64,000 bases of DNA from an uncultured Clostridia bacterium (GTDB lineage: Bacteria; Bacillota; Clostridia; TANB77; CAG-508): positions 7,885-71,884 of the forward strand of contig CALXKE010000003.1 of the NCBI GenBank assembly GCA_944388805.1, read 5' to 3'. Positions 57,531-64,000 of this stretch are shown here, in pieces (within the stretch, counting starts at the first letter, position 1; every line of letters starts with the position of its first letter). The notes under the pieces are model-generated. The model saw only the letters and a program-made list of their open reading frames with translations, did no database searches and was not told the DNA's origin. The position numbers and the translations under genes are program-made.

Positions 57531-57560
57531 TGTCCAAACAGAAACGTCCCCAATTGTCCG
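57531..57560. repeat. GTCC(C)-core REP-like remnant
   Basis: TGTCCAAACAGAAACGTCCCCAATTGTCCG, similar to 19300-19318 and 21191-21211. Confidence 0.45.
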
Positions 57561-57564
57561 AATT

Positions 57565-58659
57565 TTAAAATATTGTTTCTAATGTTTTTACAATGTTTTC
57601 ATTATATGTTTCATAATCAAATGAATTGTTTATTTCATATCCATTTTGTATAAATTCTTTCATTGCATTATATATAGATTGTGTATCTTTTTCTACAACC
57701 ATTCCTCTTCCGTCTTCTACTTGTTCATAATCAGATACTTTTGTCGTGATGATTGGTTTATGCAATACAAAACTTTCTAAATATACAACTGGATATCCCT
57801 CATATTCAGAAGATAGAATCACACAATCACTAATTGTAAAATAAGGATACGGATTCTTTTTTCTCCCCAAAAAGAGAATTGTATCTTCCAAGCCATATTC
57901 TATAACAAGATCTTTATATAATTTCGTATCTGGTCCATCACCAACCAATAAAATTTTAAATAGAAAACCATCTTCTTTTAATTTTTTGGCAGCTTCTATA
58001 ATTCTTGTTAACTTTTTCTGTAATTCATCATGTCTTCCTACATTTAGAAAAACTGGAATTTCTTTTTTGGCTAATTCTAATACCACTTCTTCTGTAATAG
58101 CTTCTTTTGATTTTTCTTCAAGTCTTTTTCCGTTTATCATATTGTTACATACAATAACCTTTTCTTTCATATCTGGAAAACTTTCTATAAAGTGAGTTTT
58201 TCCTTCATTTGAAACAAATATGATATGTTTAAATTCTCTGCAATGTATATTTTCAAAAAATGCAATCATCTTTTTTCTATCTCCATGATATAAACTAAGA
58301 TAATCTGCATGACACCATAATGCTGAATTTTTTGATGCTATTCTTGCCATAAAACTACTTGCTAAAGAATATGTAGCAAAGCTTGCTGAAAAGTCAAATT
58401 TGTTTTTATATTTTATGATAAATTTTATTCTATTCAATAAATTACATATCTTTCGCAAAATAACATTTTTATTGTTATTGGTGTTGTATTCTACAACTTT
58501 TATTTTGTTACTTAATCTGTCTAAAAACACACCTTCTCTTTTTTCTAATGCAATCGTTATATCATAACCTCTTTCTGATAAATCATTTACTAATGTAACA
58601 AGTGCGGTTTCTATTCCGCCTAAGTCTAAGTTATGTGTTGCAAAAAAAAGTTTTTTCAT
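57565..58659 (-). CDS. GT4-family glycosyltransferase
   Basis: GGIETAL, WCHADY, VGRHDELQK, NPYPYF and SEYEGYPVVYLES. Confidence 0.92.
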   Translation of the reverse strand: MKKLFFATHNLDLGGIETALVTLVNDLSERGYDITIALEKREGVFLDRLSNKIKVVEYNTNNNKNVILRKICNLLNRIKFIIKYKNKFDFSASFATYSLASSFMARIASKNSALWCHADYLSLYHGDRKKMIAFFENIHCREFKHIIFVSNEGKTHFIESFPDMKEKVIVCNNMINGKRLEEKSKEAITEEVVLELAKKEIPVFLNVGRHDELQKKLTRIIEAAKKLKEDGFLFKILLVGDGPDTKLYKDLVIEYGLEDTILFLGRKKNPYPYFTISDCVILSSEYEGYPVVYLESFVLHKPIITTKVSDYEQVEDGRGMVVEKDTQSIYNAMKEFIQNGYEINNSFDYETYNENIVKTLETIF

Positions 58660-58724
58660 TCATTTTCTCCTCTATTTAGACATTATTTTTTCTTTATTAT
58701 CTTATCATTATATTGTTTTTTTTT

Positions 58725-58858
58725 CAAGAAACAATAGCGGGCTTTTTTAACATTTTTCTGTTCATAACATTTCAAAGCCCACGTCATTGTTCGGCGCCAA
58801 ATTTTACGTTAGTAAAATTTGTGTGTGAAGGAAAATTACTTCCTATACAATAAAAAAG
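58725..58858 (+). repeat. Structured intergenic repeat, family B copy 2
   Basis: Matches 21217-21317; the tail TGTGAAG...TTCCTATACAATAAA matches 44183-44189 and 44274-44288. Confidence 0.9.
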
Positions 58859-58862
58859 CTAA

Positions 58863-58889
58863 AGCGGAAAACTTTCATAGTTTTCCGCT
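58863..58889 (-). terminator. Intrinsic terminator
   Basis: AGCGGAAAACT-TTCAT-AGTTTTCCGCT after the DUF2142-like gene. Confidence 0.7.
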
Positions 58890-58895
58890 CTTCTA

Positions 58896-60872
58896 TTACA
58901 AATGTTCTACTAAAATCTGAGAAATTGTAAATATTTGTAATACCAAAATAGATATTGCAACAAACTTCGTAACTTTTTCCTCGTTATATAAAGATTTTAC
59001 TTTTACAACACTTCCCAATAATAACATTACCAATGGTAATATTGGTAAGAAATATCTACCTTGTATACCTGCTATACTTGTTTGTCCCACTGTTGTCCAT
59101 TGTACATATAAACTTGTAAATATTAGTCCTACAATTGCTAATATGACTAATGATATCCAAACAATTTGATATTTTTTTAATTTGTCTTTCAATTCATTAT
59201 CTGTAATTGCTGTAAATAGATAAATTCCTAAAAATGCATATGGCACAATAGAATATAGTTTAATTAACTCACCCCATCCTAAATCAGCTCCAAATAAGGA
59301 TAGTAGATAATTACTACCATTAAGGTTGAATGTATATAACACATTTTGTATGTATAAAATCGGATTTTGTAATGCTAGCAGTACTTGAATTTTTGAATCT
59401 CCTTCTCTAAATGTAGATAAATATCTACTAGATATTGCTAACCAAATTAGATTTATCATTACCGCAATTCCTGCTATCACACAGAAGTTTAATATTTTGT
59501 TTTTATTTCCTGCATTTTTGAATTTCTCTTTTGGAATAATCAAAATTAATCCAACTAATGGTATATATACAATCTTACATAATGCAATAACAATAGATGA
59601 AATGAGTAGAATTCCTTTTTCTTTAATCCCTAGTTGTTCTTTTTTTCCAAAGGCTAAATGTAATATATAAGCAATATAGAAAAATGCTACAGAAATTGTC
59701 ATAGCATCAGGAGATAAAGATGTAAATCCTTCTATCGCAATTGGTATCATAGCTGGTATTAATAACAATTTTTTTCCAAACGGCATAAGTTTTATTGCAA
59801 AATACAATACCAATAATGCAAATATCATATTAACGATTCTTCCGCCATATGTTATCAAATATACATTATCTGTCACTAATCTTGCTAAAGCTATACCTGT
59901 TGCTTGTGGTATATATTGTACAAAAGAATATACAGCTGCTGTTTCTGGATTTAAGATTCCCTTATTATCTTCATTTAGTTTTACACTTAAAAGTTGTTTC
60001 ATTGTTTGATAATCTATTGCTGTCCAATTAGTTGGAAATACCTTTGATACACCTTCTGGCATCATCGAACCTTGCACACCATCTTCTTGTGGTGTCATTA
60101 ATGTACCTTGTGATACCTCATATGCTTTTAACCAATGATAATATTCATCATGATTTTTAAATGTTGGCATTGTTACTAAAAAGAATACACATGCAAGCGG
60201 TGCTATCATTAAAAAGATATTTTCAATCCTCATTCCTTTTTTATAATAAATAATACTTGATACAATATAAACTTCTAATATAAACACACTTAGAACAACG
60301 GAATATATAACTGTTCTAATATCACTTTTATATAAATCTTGAAAAATGATTGAAGCCCCTTGCATTTCTTCGCCATTTACAGTTAAATGATTTTTTTGAA
60401 ATTCATTTTTATCTGTATATTTTACACTATAAAATCTATTGGCTCCTTCAAGATCATTAAATCTTATAAAGATTTGATATTCTTTATCTTTTGAATCCTT
60501 TTGTTTTTCAAATTCCAAAGTATATTGTGATGTTTCTCTTACATAATTACGTAAAATCTCTTTTTCTTCTATCACATTTCCATCAGCATCTTTTATTCCT
60601 ACTGTTACTTTTCCACCACAATTAACATCCTCTTTATATGGTTCAAAATCTATTTTTACTTTTTCTAAGTTATTAGCAACTGCAACAAAAGTTTGTACAA
60701 TTTCAGTTCCTGTTGTCACCTCTTCCAATGTTCCCGTTTCCAGTTGTATGTCTCCTGATGTATAAAGTTTTTCTTCTATTTTTAGTGAATAATTCGCTAT
60801 TAAAATAATTATCAAAATGGCTATTGTTAAAATACCATAAAATTTCCAATCTTTTTTTAAATCTATTTTCAT
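58896..60872 (-). CDS. DUF2142-like integral membrane (GT-C-type) glycosyltransferase
   Basis: PTFKNHDEYYHWLKAYEVS, YIPQATG, SLSPD, LCKIVY and GIQGRYFLP; many TM helices. Confidence 0.8.
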   Translation of the reverse strand: MKIDLKKDWKFYGILTIAILIIILIANYSLKIEEKLYTSGDIQLETGTLEEVTTGTEIVQTFVAVANNLEKVKIDFEPYKEDVNCGGKVTVGIKDADGNVIEEKEILRNYVRETSQYTLEFEKQKDSKDKEYQIFIRFNDLEGANRFYSVKYTDKNEFQKNHLTVNGEEMQGASIIFQDLYKSDIRTVIYSVVLSVFILEVYIVSSIIYYKKGMRIENIFLMIAPLACVFFLVTMPTFKNHDEYYHWLKAYEVSQGTLMTPQEDGVQGSMMPEGVSKVFPTNWTAIDYQTMKQLLSVKLNEDNKGILNPETAAVYSFVQYIPQATGIALARLVTDNVYLITYGGRIVNMIFALLVLYFAIKLMPFGKKLLLIPAMIPIAIEGFTSLSPDAMTISVAFFYIAYILHLAFGKKEQLGIKEKGILLISSIVIALCKIVYIPLVGLILIIPKEKFKNAGNKNKILNFCVIAGIAVMINLIWLAISSRYLSTFREGDSKIQVLLALQNPILYIQNVLYTFNLNGSNYLLSLFGADLGWGELIKLYSIVPYAFLGIYLFTAITDNELKDKLKKYQIVWISLVILAIVGLIFTSLYVQWTTVGQTSIAGIQGRYFLPILPLVMLLLGSVVKVKSLYNEEKVTKFVAISILVLQIFTISQILVEHL

Positions 60873-60915
60873 CTTTTTATCTTCCTTTTACCTTCGTTTA
60901 TATTTTCTTACGTAT

Positions 60916-61269
60916 TTACTTTATATTTAGTAAGATAACTCCAATAATAATTAATACAATTCCACCAATTGCATAAGCATTTAGATGTTCCTTAAAAATA
61001 AATACACCAGCTAATATAATTAAAATTTGTGTAATGGCTGTAATAATTGGATATATATAACTTAAGTCAAAATTTTTAATAATATAAAAAGTATATATTA
61101 AAAAGCTACCAATATATGCAATAAAGCCTAGCATTGCTTTTAAGCCCATAGAAAAATTAAATGTCCCATCCTGTATAGCAATTTGAATATTACTTGATCC
61201 TGCTTTTACTAAAATAAGTCCTCCTACTGTTAAAACCAAATATACGATAATACTAAGAATTTTCATCAT
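60916..61269 (-). CDS. Small DMT/EamA-like (ArnE/F-like) membrane protein
   Basis: 4 TM helices; LSYIYP and GVFIFKE...GIVLIIIGV. Confidence 0.75.
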   Translation of the reverse strand: MMKILSIIVYLVLTVGGLILVKAGSSNIQIAIQDGTFNFSMGLKAMLGFIAYIGSFLIYTFYIIKNFDLSYIYPIITAITQILIILAGVFIFKEHLNAYAIGGIVLIIIGVILLNIK

Positions 61270-61633
61270 TTGTTTCCTCCTTTATCTTTTTTTCTAACTT
61301 TTCTACCTTGGCTGACAATATCGCATTTTCCTGTATTAGGGTCGTAACTTTTTCAAATAATTTTGAAAATGCCAAACTAATATAAAATATAATAACAATT
61401 ATCAAAAATAGATAAATTAGAAACAAAGCATTTGTTGGTTCTGCTATATGTAACACTTTAGAAATCCAAATAACAATATTCGGAAAAATAGCACAAAGCA
61501 ATGTTATGAATCCAAAACATAGCCATAAAAGTGTATATCGATAAGATAATTTTTTCTTTTGTGTAACAGTTAAAATAAATATACAAAAGAAAAATGTTGC
61601 TACAATTAAGATTATCTGTAATCCACGATTCAT
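61253..61633 (-). CDS. DUF2304-family membrane protein
   Basis: YTLLWL, IFPNIVIWISKVLHIAEPTNALF and LIQENAIL; follows a DPM1-like GT2. Confidence 0.85.
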   Translation of the reverse strand: MNRGLQIILIVATFFFCIFILTVTQKKKLSYRYTLLWLCFGFITLLCAIFPNIVIWISKVLHIAEPTNALFLIYLFLIIVIIFYISLAFSKLFEKVTTLIQENAILSAKVEKLEKKIKEETNDENS

Positions 61634-61692
61634 TTTTTTTCCTCCTCTAATGATTAATAATCTAATTTCTGATTATCCGTAACATATAAGCA

Positions 61693-62391
61693 TTATATTT
61701 CTCGATTCTTAAAAATACATGCCAATACAACTGCTAGTCCTACTTTTACAGCATAATATATAGATTTTATTGGTGTAATTGAAGATGATCCGCTATCTCT
61801 TTCTTTCATCTTCATTGGAATTTCTATGATTTTAAAATCATTTTTTGCTATAAAAGCATTTGTTTCTGGCTCTGGATAGTCAACTGGATAATTTTTTGCA
61901 AATATACTTATTACTTTTTTACTTGCTGCTCGATAACCTGATGTTGTATCTTTTATTTCTTTTTTTGTAAATATTTTAATAATTTTAGAATAAAGCACAA
62001 TTCCCATTCTTCTAATAAATGTAGATTGAAACCCTTCTTTTTCTAAAAATCTAGAGCCTATGACCAAGTCATTTCCTTCTTCAACCTTTTTAATAAGTTC
62101 TGGTATATACTTAGGATCATGTTGTCCATCTGCATCCATTTGAATTGCCACATCATAATCATTTTCATATGCATATTTATAACCTGTTTGAACTGCTCCT
62201 CCTATTCCCAAATTAATCGGTAAATGTATAACATGAAAATTGTTTTGTCTTGCTATTTCTAAAGTCTTATCTTTTGAACAATCATCTATGATGACATAAT
62301 CAACATCATGGCAAATTGATTTTAAATTGTTTATAGTATTTACGATTGCTCCTTCTTCGTTATATGCTGGTATGATTACTAGTGCTTTCAT
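61693..62391 (-). CDS. DPM1-like GT2 glycosyltransferase
   Basis: IIPAYNEE, NLGIGGAVQTG, DADGQHDP, GSRF, DTTSGYRA and DYPEPE. Confidence 0.93.
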   Translation of the reverse strand: MKALVIIPAYNEEGAIVNTINNLKSICHDVDYVIIDDCSKDKTLEIARQNNFHVIHLPINLGIGGAVQTGYKYAYENDYDVAIQMDADGQHDPKYIPELIKKVEEGNDLVIGSRFLEKEGFQSTFIRRMGIVLYSKIIKIFTKKEIKDTTSGYRAASKKVISIFAKNYPVDYPEPETNAFIAKNDFKIIEIPMKMKERDSGSSSITPIKSIYYAVKVGLAVVLACIFKNREI

Positions 62392-62490
62392 TTTTTCCTC
62401 CTATATTCCCATAAATTCTATATAAATTAACAAAAGTCTCTCTTTGTTTTTTCAATGTTGCTTTTAAAGTTAAAAATGTAATTTCTAAAT

Positions 62491-63972
62491 TTAAAAAACA
62501 CATAAATGCATAACATTATTTTCAAAAATAATTTGTTCTTCAGAAAAATGATCCCATGATTTCTGTTCAAATTGTTCCTTTATTTCTTGATTACCTTCTA
62601 TAATATTAAATTCTCTACCTGTATACAATTTTAATATTCTACTCACACACCAATCAGCAGAATATGCCTTAATATTGATATCTCCTGATGCTCTTAATTC
62701 TGGATATACATATTGTGGTGTTTTATCTCTGTAAATTGCAATTGTATCTACTGTATTTCCGGTTTTTTCTTCATAGTTCAATATTTTTTGATTAATTTCT
62801 AAGGTGATTTGTTTATCCATATAATTTCCAATATAATTGTCTCTTGTATAATCCATAAAATATACATATTGTACTAATAAAAATACAATAAGTATGCAAA
62901 TCACTATATCTTTTACTACCTCTTTTATATCAAATTTTGAAAATAAATACAACCCTAAAATTCCAATAATAGCTGCCATTGGATATGAGCTTCTAGCAAC
63001 AAACCATATTGAATTTGTATCTTGTAACATTTGTGGTGCTACTGTTGCAAATAATGTACCTGCAATTAAGTAAAACGCCCCTAATATTTTTAATGTTTTT
63101 TCTTTTATGCTAATGTTTTCTCTTATGGCTTTATAAATGATAATTCCTAGTAATATAATACCTATTGCTAAAAATAAATATTTAGGTAATAAATCATAGC
63201 TATCTACCAGCATTCTTCTGGTTCCATCCATGACCTTTGCAAATGATTCTGAAAAAATCATCTCTCCATTTACTCTCGTATTTGTAAAGCAAAATCGTAC
63301 TAATAAGAAATTCAATAGAGCTGGGATTCCATATGTTAATGCAACAATGACATTATTTACAATGAATTCTATTATATTTTTTGAATATTTTATGATATAG
63401 ATTAATGATATAGCAACAAACAATCCAACAGTTCCTTGATAGCAACAATTTGCAATTATCATTAAAATTCCTGCCCATATAATGGATTTCTTTTTTCCTT
63501 GGAAAAATTTATCCATTTGTTCTACGGCTAATACACATAATAGAACTGATAAAACCATGATTCCTTTTTCTATGTACAAAAATAATTCCAAAGAAAATGG
63601 ATTGATTAACATTAAAGTAGCAATGATAGCACTTACTATATGATTTTTTATATCTTTTTGTATTAATTTGTTTAATCTATACAATGCAGTTATCATGCAA
63701 ATCATGGCAAATACATATGACAAGATATATGTCCATTCATTACTTAATTTTAATATTCCCATGACTATATATGTCGCAATAGCTGTTACAACTCTTCCGC
63801 AAGATAAAAAGTGTTTTACACTATGCATTAAGTCATTTGTAAAAACACTGTATGTATCTGGAGCATATTGTAATTTACAAAGTGCTCCAAAAAATACAAT
63901 GGTTATTATTGTAAACATATATAAATTTTTATCTGTTATGATTTCTTTTGTTTTTTCTTTAAACTTTTCCAT
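62491..63972 (-). CDS. Multi-TM glucosyltransferase (GtrII/GT-C-like)
   Basis: APDTY, GRVV, NPFSLE, CYQG and RSSYP; about 11 TM helices; located in the glycosylation cluster. Confidence 0.65.
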   Translation of the reverse strand: MEKFKEKTKEIITDKNLYMFTIITIVFFGALCKLQYAPDTYSVFTNDLMHSVKHFLSCGRVVTAIATYIVMGILKLSNEWTYILSYVFAMICMITALYRLNKLIQKDIKNHIVSAIIATLMLINPFSLELFLYIEKGIMVLSVLLCVLAVEQMDKFFQGKKKSIIWAGILMIIANCCYQGTVGLFVAISLIYIIKYSKNIIEFIVNNVIVALTYGIPALLNFLLVRFCFTNTRVNGEMIFSESFAKVMDGTRRMLVDSYDLLPKYLFLAIGIILLGIIIYKAIRENISIKEKTLKILGAFYLIAGTLFATVAPQMLQDTNSIWFVARSSYPMAAIIGILGLYLFSKFDIKEVVKDIVICILIVFLLVQYVYFMDYTRDNYIGNYMDKQITLEINQKILNYEEKTGNTVDTIAIYRDKTPQYVYPELRASGDINIKAYSADWCVSRILKLYTGREFNIIEGNQEIKEQFEQKSWDHFSEEQIIFENNVMHLCVF

Positions 63973-64000
63973 CTCTATTTTTTTCCTTTCTTAAATAAAC

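Noticed and set aside
1-64000. tRNA, rRNA, CRISPR array, prophage, integrase or transposase
   Set aside because: I saw no cloverleaf/T-loop consensus, regularly spaced repeats or recognisable recombinase/phage proteins; by-eye inspection only

Overview
AT-rich chromosomal segment of a spore-forming, low-GC clostridial bacterium. It carries ytvI, spoVFB, sigma-G/K-like promoters and LPxTG-type surface proteins; an uncultured gut Clostridia lineage is my inference. Most genes after about 6 kb are on the minus strand. Housekeeping genes: guaA, murD, uvrB, pepF and a uraA-upp fusion. Other loci: a trimeric HydCBA [FeFe]-hydrogenase operon interrupted by a PepC-like peptidase, an FHA-ABC transporter, a Bce-type TCS/ABC resistance module split by a HigBA-type TA cassette, an attenuator-controlled ABC-F protein, and a large surface-glycosylation cluster. 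I saw no rRNA, tRNA, CRISPR array, integrase or transposase. The most striking signal is non-coding: about ten intergenic, 100-310 bp, modular fold-back elements. Three families occur twice with conserved loops and compensatory stem changes. One family also has an internally deleted copy and an apparent empty site. Several elements share a GGGAC/GTCCC REP-like motif, and G.T wobble pairs consistently favour folding of the + strand. A second notable signal is a glycosyltransferase split by a clean +1 frameshift exactly at the only in-frame CGG codon I found in the window. All protein calls come from motif recognition by eye, without database searches.
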